Positions 18,677 to 29,363 are shown, counted from the stretch's first letter. The stretch is DNA of 64,000 bases from Promethearchaeia archaeon (GCA_029856125.1 JAHQWJ010000148.1:1-64000), one strand, 5' to 3'. Numbers and translations are program-made. Notes: generated by a model from the sequence alone, not told the origin.

Positions 18677-19918
18677 TCATTTAATCGTTTTCTCTATTAG
18701 CTGAGAAATATCGTATGCCTTGATTTCATCATTTTTAATATTAGTCTTGAATTGATTTAGACAAAATGGGCAAGATGAGACTATTGCTGAGGCATCAGTA
18801 TCTTTAGCTTCTTCAATACGCTCACGAGCAGCGAATTCTGACAAGTCTTTAAATGCAGATCTCACTCCACCACCAGAACCACAACACCATGCGTTATGCT
18901 TATTTCGATTCATCTCAACGAGTTCAATCCCCGGAATTTCTTCTAAAACAGCTCTGGGTTCTTTATACATTCCCATATGACGACCTATATGGCAAGGATC
19001 ATGATACGTTATTTTCATATTAACATTTTGTTTAAATTTTATTGTCCCATTTTTTAAGTTTCTTAGTATAAACTCGGGTAAATGCAAAACTTCAATTCCA
19101 TGCTTAATTCCAAACTTTTTGGGATAAACTTCCTTTAACGCTCTATAACATCCAGCACAGGAGGTTATTATCTTTTCTACCCCCGAATTCGTAAACATCT
19201 CAACATTACCTTCAGCTATTTTTCTTGCATAATCCACTTGACCCGTCATATATACAGGAGAACCACAACAACTTTCGTTTTCAAGAATCTTAAAGTCAAT
19301 ACCAAGTGTATTCAAGATTCTAACGGTAGAAATAGCAATTTCTTTTTCTCGATAACTCGATGTACAACCAACAAAGTATGCTAATTTAGCGTTTGGAGAT
19401 TGGAAAGCATCTGAAGGAAACCAATCTTGTCGACTTTCATGTTTTTCTCCATAAGGATTATGAAGATCTTCTACATATTTCGTATACTGTTTTTGTTCGG
19501 GCATTGGACCATATCCCGCTCGAACGGCTTCTTCTCTCATCGCCATTAACCATTCGCCAGCATAAGTGTGAAGCTCTGGTATTTGACATTGCTGTGTGCA
19601 TGCTAAACATAAAGAACATTCGTAAAAAATCCGAGCTAGATTATTAGTCCATTTTAGTTTATTTGACATTAAACCCCAAGAAAGCAAATTTTTTCCTCCC
19701 AAATAATAAGCTTCAAATTGCCCAAATTCACCTGAGGGACAAACCCGAGCCCAATTAACATCTTGAAAAACAGTTCTACAGGTTCCACATTTTCCACATT
19801 GGTATATTATATCCTTATAATGTTCAATTTCTTTATGTCTATCTATCTCATGATCTTCTTGTTTCATATCTATCTTTTCTATACCCGTACCTCTTATATA
19901 TCTGATTTTCTTTGCCAT
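18677..19918 (-). CDS. Fe-S oxidoreductase, HdrD/GlpC-like (4Fe-4S plus two CCG domains)
   Basis: CGKCGTC, CSLCLAC, FVGC, CCG, SCAGC, YHDPCHIGR, CCGSGGG, CPFC; start placed at MAKK. Confidence 0.88.
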   Translation of the reverse strand: MAKKIRYIRGTGIEKIDMKQEDHEIDRHKEIEHYKDIIYQCGKCGTCRTVFQDVNWARVCPSGEFGQFEAYYLGGKNLLSWGLMSNKLKWTNNLARIFYECSLCLACTQQCQIPELHTYAGEWLMAMREEAVRAGYGPMPEQKQYTKYVEDLHNPYGEKHESRQDWFPSDAFQSPNAKLAYFVGCTSSYREKEIAISTVRILNTLGIDFKILENESCCGSPVYMTGQVDYARKIAEGNVEMFTNSGVEKIITSCAGCYRALKEVYPKKFGIKHGIEVLHLPEFILRNLKNGTIKFKQNVNMKITYHDPCHIGRHMGMYKEPRAVLEEIPGIELVEMNRNKHNAWCCGSGGGVRSAFKDLSEFAARERIEEAKDTDASAIVSSCPFCLNQFKTNIKNDEIKAYDISQLIEKTIK

Positions 19919-19919
19919 A

Positions 19920-21341
19920 CTAACTACCCCAACCATGTCCTGGATTCATTATCGCATTTGGATCCAAAAGCTTTTTTATTTTTTTGATCAATTCGTTAGT
20001 AGCTGGTAATGTCTTTTCCTCATATACCTCATGAGCCCAAAGTGGAGCCTTATACATTACAACACCATCAATTGATTGAACTTCTTCATGAATTTCCTTT
20101 AATACTTGGCGAGCAGATTCAATTTCCTCGGGATCGTCTTTATTAAAATTTATGTTAGTTCGAGCAACACAATAATGACCGCCAAATAAAATTCGGGAGT
20201 AAAATTGCGGAGTACGTCCGTATTTTAGAGCTTTTTCTCTTGCTAGAGCGTAAAATTTTGCAATGTCTCGAGTTGAACAATAACTCCCAATCCATTGGCC
20301 CCCACCTCCCCTAGAGAAATTCCAGCACCCCCATAATTGAATTGGTATCGCATCAAGAAGAGTTGTATCAATTCCTTGGGGTTCAATAAGCCCACCTTCT
20401 TTTAAGATGGCTTCAATTGCTTCGCATTGAGCTTCATGTTGTTTTTGGGTATAGGCTTGTGTAGTAATAATTCCTGCGAAATCTGGTAATTTTTTTTCTA
20501 AGGGATCTATAGGAATCTTATTTTCATTTGCAGCGAATGAGGATTGAAGCCACCCATAATTTTGAATTACAAGATCACATATACCTAAACCCACCTTAGA
20601 AAGCTTAAGCATAACTGGGACTCCATCATCCATAGTTCTCCCCATCACAACATAATTCCTTCGATATGGTAGTTTTGGCCATAATTTTATAGCCGCTTTA
20701 GTCACGATTCCTGTAGTGCCTTCCCAGCCAATGAACAAACCTGCTAAATCAGGTAATGGTTGCCTTCCATACCAGTAATCAGAAAGACAACAAGAACCTA
20801 CTTTCACTAATTCACCCGAACCTAAGACAGCTTCTAAACCATTAATGAATTCTGCTCCTGTTCCACCAAGCATTCCCAAATCAAACATACCATAACATAA
20901 GCAAGAAGCTACTACCCCTGTTCCGGGTGGTGACCAAGTTACGCCCGCTCTTAAACCAGAATGGTGTTTTTCAAGATATCCTACTAAATCGGCCCATGTA
21001 GTTCCCCCTTCGACTAAAGCATACATATCATCTTCATTTACTTCAATTATTCGATTCAGCCTTCTCAGGTCAACAACAATTCCTCCCTTTATTGGAGTAG
21101 CAGTAGAACCAAAGTTGATCCCCGAAACCCAAGGTACTAGTGGAATTTTGTGATTATTTGCAATTTTAACGATTTCTTGGACTTCTTCTGCTGAATTTGG
21201 CATTATTACAATATCACATATTCCTTCTGGTTCAGCCGTGATAAAATCGTAGTGATAGAGAAATGTTATTTCAGGTTGATCTGAAACGTATTTTTCTCCA
21301 ACAACTTTTCCTAATTCATTAACTATTTCACTATTAATCAT
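19920..21341 (-). CDS. FAD-binding oxidoreductase (VAO/PCMH, GlcD/Dld-like)
   Basis: P..AEEVQEIV, GGIVVDLRRLNRI, LFIGWEGTTGIVTK, LDPNAIMNPG. Confidence 0.88.
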   Translation of the reverse strand: MINSEIVNELGKVVGEKYVSDQPEITFLYHYDFITAEPEGICDIVIMPNSAEEVQEIVKIANNHKIPLVPWVSGINFGSTATPIKGGIVVDLRRLNRIIEVNEDDMYALVEGGTTWADLVGYLEKHHSGLRAGVTWSPPGTGVVASCLCYGMFDLGMLGGTGAEFINGLEAVLGSGELVKVGSCCLSDYWYGRQPLPDLAGLFIGWEGTTGIVTKAAIKLWPKLPYRRNYVVMGRTMDDGVPVMLKLSKVGLGICDLVIQNYGWLQSSFAANENKIPIDPLEKKLPDFAGIITTQAYTQKQHEAQCEAIEAILKEGGLIEPQGIDTTLLDAIPIQLWGCWNFSRGGGGQWIGSYCSTRDIAKFYALAREKALKYGRTPQFYSRILFGGHYCVARTNINFNKDDPEEIESARQVLKEIHEEVQSIDGVVMYKAPLWAHEVYEEKTLPATNELIKKIKKLLDPNAIMNPGHGWGS

Positions 21342-21468
21342 AATTTATTCACCCATTAAATAATATTAATTCGCACCCATTATTTAAATAAATTTTTGAG
21401 AATTTAATTTTTATTTAACCAAATTATTATTTAAATATAAAGAAACAAGTATAGAAGTCCCATCAGTA

Positions 21469-22566
21469 ATGAGAAAAAAAATTAAAGTCTTTGGTGCTGC
21501 AGTTGATGCGAGTGACTTCCCTCTTAGTATTCAGATGAAACTTGCCTACTTAAATCAATTAGCTCAAAATTTTGGTAAGAGGACAAATTTCATTGATCCC
21601 TACGAAGCTTTTCTTATGCATTCTAGTATTTTAACAGAGCAAAAATTCCTCAAGATTGGTAAATTTCCTATTGACTCTTGGCTAACACCTAAACCCAAAC
21701 TGGAAGATTCCCATCTAATAAATCAATTAAATTTTTCAAAATTTACAAATGATGGCTTATTAAAACCAATTTCAGATAAACTTAAGAGATATATAACTAC
21801 TAGTGTATTGCCAGACATTCCCCTAATGGTTGGAGTGGATCACTCGCTAACGGGAGGAGTTTTGACTGCTCTTTCTAAAGAATACGGACCTGAAAATCTA
21901 TTAGTCTTAATTTTTGACGCCCATTTTGATGGATTACCAGCGAATATATCAATCGACATCGCAAAATATACAAACGAACATCCCAATGAAGTAAATCCTT
22001 TAATACCTGAATATTATTATTCACAAATGGAAGGTCGTGAGATTAGAAATACTTACACATGTGCTTCGTTTCTAAATAATTTGATAAATGCGAAAATCAT
22101 AAGACCTGAAAATTTGATAATTTTTGGATGTCAAGATTATCCAGATGAAAAATATCGAGCCTTAAATGACCCAAGAATTGTAGAATTTGTTGAGTTTTAT
22201 GATACAATGGAAAGAAACGGTGTTAAATTCATACCCAAAGCAGAACCTTCACAAATGCTTGATAAATTAAAGCAAATCCTAAAGGATACAGCGAAATCAA
22301 ATTTTTATCTGTCCTTTGACGTAGATGTTGGTGCTTTAAAAGAAATTATTGCTTCTCGATTTAGAAATGTTCTAGGACTTGATCAATCTACTATCCTTAG
22401 TGCTGCTAAAATAATTAACAACACAATAAAAACCGCTAATAATAAGCTAGTCGGTCTTGATGTGATGGAAATTGAAACTTATTTGTTGAAAAAGGTTTTT
22501 CCTAAGTCAGGGAGGGAAGATCAAACAATTGAAGTGGTGGATAATTTTCTTAGAATCTTTTTTTAA
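21469..22566 (+). CDS. Arginase/ureohydrolase family protein
   Basis: GVDHSLT, FDAHFD, YLSFDVDV, GLDVMEI. Confidence 0.8.
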   Translation: MRKKIKVFGAAVDASDFPLSIQMKLAYLNQLAQNFGKRTNFIDPYEAFLMHSSILTEQKFLKIGKFPIDSWLTPKPKLEDSHLINQLNFSKFTNDGLLKPISDKLKRYITTSVLPDIPLMVGVDHSLTGGVLTALSKEYGPENLLVLIFDAHFDGLPANISIDIAKYTNEHPNEVNPLIPEYYYSQMEGREIRNTYTCASFLNNLINAKIIRPENLIIFGCQDYPDEKYRALNDPRIVEFVEFYDTMERNGVKFIPKAEPSQMLDKLKQILKDTAKSNFYLSFDVDVGALKEIIASRFRNVLGLDQSTILSAAKIINNTIKTANNKLVGLDVMEIETYLLKKVFPKSGREDQTIEVVDNFLRIFF

Positions 22567-22618
22567 TTAAAATGGATTTTTTATTAATTAAAAAAAAAAA
22601 TAGGAATTAATTTGATGC

Positions 22619-23017
22619 CTATTTCTTCTCTTCTCTTAGATAGAAAAAGACATTGAAGACAATTAATACTATCATTACTATGGTGTCTAACCAATGAAAG
22701 ACGAGATTAGTTGCTGAGCGAGTTACGTATATATTAGAGGTAAGATTGACAAGAGCCATTATAATAAGAGCTATAATCGCAAATAAATAAAACAATTTGA
22801 TATGTTCCCAATCTCCTTTTAGTATTCCAAGCAAAATTGGAATTCCCATAGCAATTAAGACTCCACCAAAAAGACGCCAAAAGTGAGGATCAAAATAGGG
22901 GGCATCGTTAAGAGAATATACAGCTTCTGGAAGAAACACATACATTATACCATAGACGAATGCGACGATCATGTTAATAATTAACACAATTTTCATTTCT
23001 TTTGAGAATTCTGCCAT
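22619..23017 (-). CDS. Hypothetical 4-TM membrane protein
   Basis: Four hydrophobic helices. Confidence 0.7.
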   Translation of the reverse strand: MAEFSKEMKIVLIINMIVAFVYGIMYVFLPEAVYSLNDAPYFDPHFWRLFGGVLIAMGIPILLGILKGDWEHIKLFYLFAIIALIIMALVNLTSNIYVTRSATNLVFHWLDTIVMIVLIVFNVFFYLREEKK

Positions 23018-23221
23018 GATTTTTATGCCTTGAATTTAGTTTTATTAGTTTTATAAAAAAATTACGAATAATTATTATGAATAATACGCAAGACGCATAT
23101 AAAAGGTTTTACAATAATGTAAATCAAAGTGTAATAATAAAGGGATTTTATGATTTACTAGCTTGGTATTTCATACAAAATTATAAAAAGAATAAAAAAG
23201 ATTAGCCATCTTGATTGTTAA

Positions 23222-23929
23222 TTATTTGAGAACAAAGTACATTCTCCTATTATTCTTTCCCTTATTTACCGTTTTAGTCATCTCAATTTCGCCAATTTCC
23301 ATGAGACTTTTAACGTGGGTTCCACCGTCTACTTGTTTATCGATGTCTCCGATTTTAACTATGCGGAATTCTTGTAAGTTTTTAGGTAAGCCAACTGCTA
23401 ATCTTGCAAGCTCGGGTTCTTCCAGGACAGCGGCTCTAGACATCGTCTCAATAGTGATGGGAAGGTCGTGCTTAATAATTTCGTTAGCTTCTTCAACAAA
23501 GGTCCGCAATTTTTCTGGTGAATAATCCTCCATAGAGAAATCCATTCGTGCTTTGTCTAATTCAATCTGGTTTCCGGTGATTTTAGCGTTCGTTCTACGA
23601 TATAGCAGGTTTGAAAGAAGATGACAAGCAGTATGGTATCGCATATATGTATATCGCCTCACCCAATCGATTTCGCACGAAACTAAGTCTCCTTCTTTTA
23701 GTCCCGGTTTTTCTACTTCGTGGCTAATTTCTCCAGAAAATTTACCTACATACACTACCTTGAATTTCTCACCATTTTTGATTATATATCCTTCGTCCCA
23801 TGGTTGGCCGCCTCCTTTAGGATAAAAGGCGGTTTTATTAAGGACAATGAATTTATCATCTTTCACAGAAATAACTTTTGCATCCCACGTCTTTAAATAG
23901 GAGTCGTTCATGTATAAAGCTTCAGTCAT
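23222..23929 (-). CDS. alaXM: Alanyl-tRNA editing protein AlaX-M
   Basis: MTEALYMNDSY start, TAFYPKGGGQPWD, MRYHTACH, DGGTHV; start moved to internal ATG. Confidence 0.9.
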   Translation of the reverse strand: MTEALYMNDSYLKTWDAKVISVKDDKFIVLNKTAFYPKGGGQPWDEGYIIKNGEKFKVVYVGKFSGEISHEVEKPGLKEGDLVSCEIDWVRRYTYMRYHTACHLLSNLLYRRTNAKITGNQIELDKARMDFSMEDYSPEKLRTFVEEANEIIKHDLPITIETMSRAAVLEEPELARLAVGLPKNLQEFRIVKIGDIDKQVDGGTHVKSLMEIGEIEMTKTVNKGKNNRRMYFVLK

Positions 23930-24126
23930 AGAGTATAAAAAAGTAGTTATGCTTATAATTTTGATCTTAAAAAATTTTTGTTTACAACGCACAAAATTAA
24001 CAGAAATGTATACAAAGAAGACCTCTTTAACATTTTTGTATATGTATAATGAATAATTATGCTAAATTTTAAATCCTTTTAAATTTTTAAGAGAAATAAT
24101 TAAATAAATTAATTTATCGACAAAAA

Positions 24127-26766
24127 ATGAAAAATCTAAAGAATTGTATAATTTTATCTGTATTTGTATCAATACTTTTGATGCCAATCACTTTTCATCT
24201 AATAGATATACAAGGGAATAATAAAAATGATGAGCTAGAATTTGGTTATCTAAATTCTGCAGGTTCTTGGGTGTTAGCCCCATTTGCAATTAATCCCTAC
24301 GGCACGCGAGACTATACATGGATTGAAGCTAATGCAACTGAATGGTGTTCTGGAGCAGGAACGGAATTAGATCCTTGGATAATAGAAAATGTTACTATTG
24401 ATTCTGGAGGCTTAAGTCATTGTTTAGAAATAGGTCAATCAGTTGATTATTTTATCATTAGAAATTGTACGTTTAACAACGCTTATCCAAATTATGGTAT
24501 TTATAGTTGGAGTACGAGTAATGGGATTATCGAAGATTGCACTTTTTTTGATAACTTATATGGGGTATACATAAGCGGTAGTGCTGAGAATAATACGCTT
24601 CAACATAATTATTTCTATAACAATACTGGAGCAAACGTTAGGCTTTCCGGTTCGTCTACTTGTATTAATAATACTATTTCCAACAATATATTCGTTAATC
24701 GCCTTACTGCCACACTCCCAACAGGGCTTAGGATTCAAGGATACAACAATAAAATAATCAACAATACGGTGGATAATTTTTTCTGGGGAGTAAATTTAGA
24801 CTATGCTCACGATACAATAATAAAATCAAACACTTTCATTTCATCGTGGCGAGGGATATCTATGGGAAGCAACAATTTTAATGCCACAGTTTTTAATAAC
24901 ACGATAAGAGATAATCACAATGATTATGGCGTGTATGTGAATGGTAATGGATCACTATTTTATAGGAACAGATTCATTAACAATAACATAAACGCAAAAG
25001 ATAGTGGTAATTTCAATCGTTGGGATAATGAAGTAATAGGGAACTATTGGGACGATTATGGAGGATTAGATCTCAACGATGATGGTATAGGTGATACGGC
25101 TTATATTCTTCCTGATTCTGGAGGTTCACAAGATAATTATCCTATCTGGGACGATGGTTTTAATGGTACTAAAATTCATATTGATGATACTGGTGTTAAT
25201 TCATTTGATTGGGAATCTGCTTCTAAACTGATTTGGTGCACTGGTTCCGGAACGTACGATGATCCTTACACTATCCAAGACTTAGCGATTGACGCTGGTA
25301 ATGTTGGTTCACCTATTTTTATTGAAAGCTCAAGCGTCTATTTCGTTATAGAAAACTGTAATTTGACAAATTCTCAAGCAACTGGAGAGGACGCAGGTAT
25401 TAAGTTTGAAGATGTATACAATGGCAAAATAGTTGAGAACAATATAACAGATAACTATGCCGGTGTCAAATTAATACGTAGCGATAATAACTCGATTTCA
25501 GCAAACTATATCTACGATAATACAGGGCAAGGAATAGTTCTTCAACAAAGCAAATATAATGTGATTGCGGGTAATACTGCAAACAATAGTAATTATTATG
25601 GTCTAATAATTGTTTCCGCGAGTCATAATAATACAATAGAAGAAAACACTTTTGGCAATAATAAGGGAGCTAGTGGATACGGTTCAGGAATTAAAATATC
25701 TGGTAGCAACGATTGTGAAATATCAGAGAATCTGTTAAGCGATAACGATCAAGGAATTAGGATTACTGATAATTCCCATGGCAATAAATTCTACGACAAT
25801 GTAATTCATAACAACGCAAAGTATGGCATTCTGATACAAGATCTTACTAGAAATTGTAATAATTCCGTTTTTTACAACAATAGCCTCAAAAATCCTCTAG
25901 GAATTAACGCTTACGATAATGGATCGAATTCTGAATGGGATAATGGGATACGTGGAAATTTCTGGAATGATTATGAAGGTGCTGATAATAACGGAGATGG
26001 AATTGGAGACACACCATATTTAATCAGTGGTGATGCTAATAGACAAGACAATTATCCAATATGGAACAAAGGTGACGAAATATACCCTACAATATCAATT
26101 AATTCTCCCTCTGGAGGATCTATCTTTGGAACTGATGCTCCTACGTATAGTCTAAATATCTTTGACTTGTACTTAAATTCGTCTTGGTATACACTAAATA
26201 ACTCAGCAACCAGATATTTTTTCACACCGAGTAATGGAAATAATGTCGTCATTATTGATGAAACCGGATGGGATATTTTTTCTGATGGATCAATGCTAAT
26301 GACTTTTTACATAAACGATACTGGCGGGAATATTGCAAGTGTCTCAAATATGATCGAAAAAGATGTAACCAATCCTACGATTGCATTAAATTCTCCTATT
26401 GGAGGTACAGTATTTGGTTCTGACGCTCCGCAATTCAACTTAACAATATTCGACTTAAATTTACACGATGCATGGTATACAATAGGCTCTTCTGTTACGC
26501 CACACTCTTTCTCGCCTAGTAATGGTATAAACATTATCCCGATTGACGAAAGTAGCTGGGATACCCTCCCTGATGGTAGTATTACAATTGATTTCTTTGT
26601 AAATGATATCGCTGGAAATATTCACACTATTCAAGTTATTCTTACTAAGGACCTACCTTCAAGTGATCCAGAACCAGCAATTCCTTTTGGAGATTATTAC
26701 ATCTTATTTCTTGGAATTGGAATCGCCGCGATATTAGTAGTAGAGCGTAAAAAAAGGAAAAAGTAA
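24127..26766 (+). CDS. Secreted/surface NosD-like right-handed beta-helix protein with Ig-like repeats and Loki-CTERM-like anchor
   Basis: Signal peptide; two PbH1 blocks each ending GN(Y/F)W.DY.G.D.N.DGIGDT.Y; two PTI.(I/L)NSP.GG..FG.DAP repeats; C-terminal IPFGDYYILFLGIGIAAILVVERKKRKK. Confidence 0.85.
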   Translation: MKNLKNCIILSVFVSILLMPITFHLIDIQGNNKNDELEFGYLNSAGSWVLAPFAINPYGTRDYTWIEANATEWCSGAGTELDPWIIENVTIDSGGLSHCLEIGQSVDYFIIRNCTFNNAYPNYGIYSWSTSNGIIEDCTFFDNLYGVYISGSAENNTLQHNYFYNNTGANVRLSGSSTCINNTISNNIFVNRLTATLPTGLRIQGYNNKIINNTVDNFFWGVNLDYAHDTIIKSNTFISSWRGISMGSNNFNATVFNNTIRDNHNDYGVYVNGNGSLFYRNRFINNNINAKDSGNFNRWDNEVIGNYWDDYGGLDLNDDGIGDTAYILPDSGGSQDNYPIWDDGFNGTKIHIDDTGVNSFDWESASKLIWCTGSGTYDDPYTIQDLAIDAGNVGSPIFIESSSVYFVIENCNLTNSQATGEDAGIKFEDVYNGKIVENNITDNYAGVKLIRSDNNSISANYIYDNTGQGIVLQQSKYNVIAGNTANNSNYYGLIIVSASHNNTIEENTFGNNKGASGYGSGIKISGSNDCEISENLLSDNDQGIRITDNSHGNKFYDNVIHNNAKYGILIQDLTRNCNNSVFYNNSLKNPLGINAYDNGSNSEWDNGIRGNFWNDYEGADNNGDGIGDTPYLISGDANRQDNYPIWNKGDEIYPTISINSPSGGSIFGTDAPTYSLNIFDLYLNSSWYTLNNSATRYFFTPSNGNNVVIIDETGWDIFSDGSMLMTFYINDTGGNIASVSNMIEKDVTNPTIALNSPIGGTVFGSDAPQFNLTIFDLNLHDAWYTIGSSVTPHSFSPSNGINIIPIDESSWDTLPDGSITIDFFVNDIAGNIHTIQVILTKDLPSSDPEPAIPFGDYYILFLGIGIAAILVVERKKRKK

Positions 26767-26777
26767 CCAAAAAATCT

Positions 26778-26791
26778 CTTTTTTTTTTTTT
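26778..26791 (+). terminator. Poly-T archaeal terminator between convergent genes
   Basis: Run of ~13 T just after the 26766 stop. Confidence 0.55.
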
Positions 26792-26802
26792 AATTTATTT
26801 CA

Positions 26803-26955
26803 TTATTCTTTCTCGTAAAGTTCTCCGGGTTTCGCACCGCAGAAAGCTTCAATCTTTAAGAATTTCATTTCTTTGGAACAATTAGGGCAAAAAAACTTTC
26901 CCGGTTCTTTATTTTCGAAAGAATAACCACATTCTTTGCAAGCTACAGCATTCAT
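26803..26955 (-). CDS. 50-aa zinc-finger micro-protein (not in ORF track)
   Basis: MNAVACKECGYSFENKEPGKFFCPNCSKEMKFLKIEAFCGAKPGELYEKE; CxxC-x13-CxxC. Confidence 0.75.
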   Translation of the reverse strand: MNAVACKECGYSFENKEPGKFFCPNCSKEMKFLKIEAFCGAKPGELYEKE

Positions 26956-27198
26956 ATTATTCAAATGAGGAATAGAATTTTAAAATGTTCTTATTATGAA
27001 AAGAAGATGATTCATTTAATTTTATATTGAAAAATAAGGTTTCTTAAGGTTATTACATAATATAAAAGTCAAATCGGTAAAAAGTGAAAATTTATACCCC
27101 TTAACCTTTAGCGAGGTTGTCAACAAACATCTATAATTTTTTATATTTGTTTCATTCTTCAAAGGGTATTTCATTTTATTATCGCACAAAGCTCCCTA

Positions 27199-27309
27199 TC
27201 ACTTAAATCTTAGCGTAAAGAACTTAGTAAATTTTTCACATACATGACAATAATAGTAGCCTTCTTTTGAGCCACTAGCTTTTGTTCTACAATTAAGACA
27301 AAATATCAT
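27199..27309 (-). CDS. 36-aa zinc-finger micro-protein, paralog of 26803-26955 (not in ORF track)
   Basis: MIFCLNCRTKASGSKEGYYYCHVCEKFTKFFTLRFK; identical CxxC-x13-CxxC spacing. Confidence 0.6.
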   Translation of the reverse strand: MIFCLNCRTKASGSKEGYYYCHVCEKFTKFFTLRFK

Positions 27310-27499
27310 TTTAATCACTTATTAAAGCGCTCGATTCGTTTTAAAGCTTCAATTTATAAGATATAGGTGGATAATTGGCTTGATTAATATTTAAAAATGT
27401 AAGGAATTTAAGGTAAAACTATATATTTTAAAGAATTTATAATAATTCTCAGATATATCATATTATTTTAATACCGAATTATAATATCAAGTGTTATAT

Positions 27500-28534
27500 A
27501 TGGCAGCTGTGGAATACAAGGGCGAAAAATACGAAGTTAAAGACGGATTTTTAGACCTGGGCCTACTAGAAATTGAAGACATATCTGATATTAAAGGATT
27601 AGATAAACTTGATATCAAACATTTAGAGCTGAGTTCCAACGAAATTATCGAAATACAAGGTTTAGAAGAGCTTCACAATTTAGAAATTCTTAATTGTGGA
27701 AGTAATAACCTATCCAAGATATCTGGGTTGGAAGATTTAACAAATTTAGAAGTTCTACATCTAGCGTCTAATCAGATTACCGAAATTAAGGGACTTGATC
27801 AGTTATCTAATTTAAAAGAAATATATCTAAGAGCTAATCAAATAACTCACTTAAAAGGTTTAGATTCTTTAAAATCGCTTCAGAAATTAGATTTGTCTTG
27901 GAATATGATTGAAAAAATCGAAGGATTCGATAGTTTGGAGAATTTAGAAGTTTTGTGGCTAGCAGGAAATCAGCTCACAACAATCCAAGGATTGGAAAAG
28001 TTGAAAAAATTAAAAGTTTTAAATTTAGCAGGAAACCAAATTTCTGAGATACAAGGACTTGATCATTTAAAAAATGTAAGTGAAATATATCTTAACGATA
28101 ATAAAATACAAGAAATCAAAGGTTTAGAGAATCTTACCGAATTAGACACGCTGTGGATAACAGCAAACCAAATTGAGAAAATCAACAACCTTGATAAATG
28201 TAAAAACTTACAAGTTCTTAACTTGAAAGATAATAACATTGCTGAAATTAGTGGTTTATATCCGTTAACTAAATTAAATAAACTATTTTTATCTAGCAAT
28301 ATTATTTCGACGATTAAAGGATTAGAAACCCTCCAAAATTTAGAGACCTTAGATTTAGGGAATAATTATGTTAAAGCTATAAGAGGTTTAGAATCTTTAA
28401 TGGTTTTGAAGGATTTGTGGCTTCAGGGAAATGAGATTGACGAAGAATTGCTAGCTCAATTAGGTGGATTGGATTCAGGTGGTTGTGCCTTAGAACCGTT
28501 AAAATTTGTGGAATATTGCCTTGTTAACTTATAG
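27500..28534 (+). CDS. Leucine-rich repeat protein (SDS22-like 22-aa repeats)
   Basis: ~13 repeats of L..L.L..N.I..I.GL..L..; ATG at 27500 preferred over GTG 27491. Confidence 0.92.
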   Translation: MAAVEYKGEKYEVKDGFLDLGLLEIEDISDIKGLDKLDIKHLELSSNEIIEIQGLEELHNLEILNCGSNNLSKISGLEDLTNLEVLHLASNQITEIKGLDQLSNLKEIYLRANQITHLKGLDSLKSLQKLDLSWNMIEKIEGFDSLENLEVLWLAGNQLTTIQGLEKLKKLKVLNLAGNQISEIQGLDHLKNVSEIYLNDNKIQEIKGLENLTELDTLWITANQIEKINNLDKCKNLQVLNLKDNNIAEISGLYPLTKLNKLFLSSNIISTIKGLETLQNLETLDLGNNYVKAIRGLESLMVLKDLWLQGNEIDEELLAQLGGLDSGGCALEPLKFVEYCLVNL

Positions 28535-28561
28535 ATAACTTGTTACAAAGAGAATTCGCCA

Positions 28562-29332
28562 TTATTCCAATATCTGATGAATATTATCTTTTATTATTTG
28601 ATAACTAGTTGATTTATCGGATATGTCGATTATTGGTTTACCTTCTAAATCAAATTCTGTTAAGATTTCATCCTCGGGAATCGAAGCAATCGCAGTTAGA
28701 TCGTACTCTTTAAGCTTATCTGTGATTTTAGCAATATCTCCTTTAACTCTATTAATAATAACCCCGATTTTTCTGTAATTTGTAAATTTTTTAGCACTTT
28801 GACTTATCGAATACGCCGTTTCTACGCTCCTAAGAGAAATATCTGTTACGATTATTACGTAATCTACAGATTTTATTACCATCCTATTAATTTGTTCGAG
28901 ACCGGCCTCACAATCAATCAATACGATATCAAAATCCTGTGAAATAGATTCAATAACTTTTCGTAGAAGAGCGTTGGAAGGGCAAAAGCAACCTGGCCCT
29001 TCAGGTTGACCAATTGAAAACAAGCTAAAATCTTTACTTTCCTTTATGGCGCTATAGACCTTAAAATCTATTGACTCTGCTATCGCTTGAATATTTTCCT
29101 TTTTACTAATTGTGTTATCAATTAGATCTGCTCTTATCTTTTCGAGACTTTCCTCCGGGACTAATTTAACCATTTTACTGAGGTGTGGATGGGTTGGATC
29201 CGCATCAATCAATAATAATTTAAACTTATAGGATGTAGAAATAGCTTTAGCAATAAGAGTAGTTATAATTGTTTTACCGACGCCTCCTTTTCCGGTGATA
29301 GCAATTATAAGCGGGGTTTTTTTCAGTTCCAT
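28562..29332 (-). CDS. cooC: CooC/AcsF-type nickel-insertion ATPase (CODH/ACS maturation)
   Basis: GKGGVGKT, IDADP, GPGCFC, DCEAGLEQ. Confidence 0.85.
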   Translation of the reverse strand: MELKKTPLIIAITGKGGVGKTIITTLIAKAISTSYKFKLLLIDADPTHPHLSKMVKLVPEESLEKIRADLIDNTISKKENIQAIAESIDFKVYSAIKESKDFSLFSIGQPEGPGCFCPSNALLRKVIESISQDFDIVLIDCEAGLEQINRMVIKSVDYVIIVTDISLRSVETAYSISQSAKKFTNYRKIGVIINRVKGDIAKITDKLKEYDLTAIASIPEDEILTEFDLEGKPIIDISDKSTSYQIIKDNIHQILE

Positions 29333-29363
29333 TATTTGATTCCATCTATTCGCTATTTTTAAT

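Noticed and set aside
27090-27201. Possible selenocysteine readthrough of the TGA ending the 36-aa zinc finger (downstream GALCD resembles EAFCG in its paralog)
   Set aside because: TGA is immediately followed by in-frame TAG and no SECIS-like element was recognised
27500-28534. 66-bp periodicity that could look like a CRISPR or DNA repeat array
   Set aside because: Explained by 22-aa LRR coding repeats; there are no identical repeats with unique spacers
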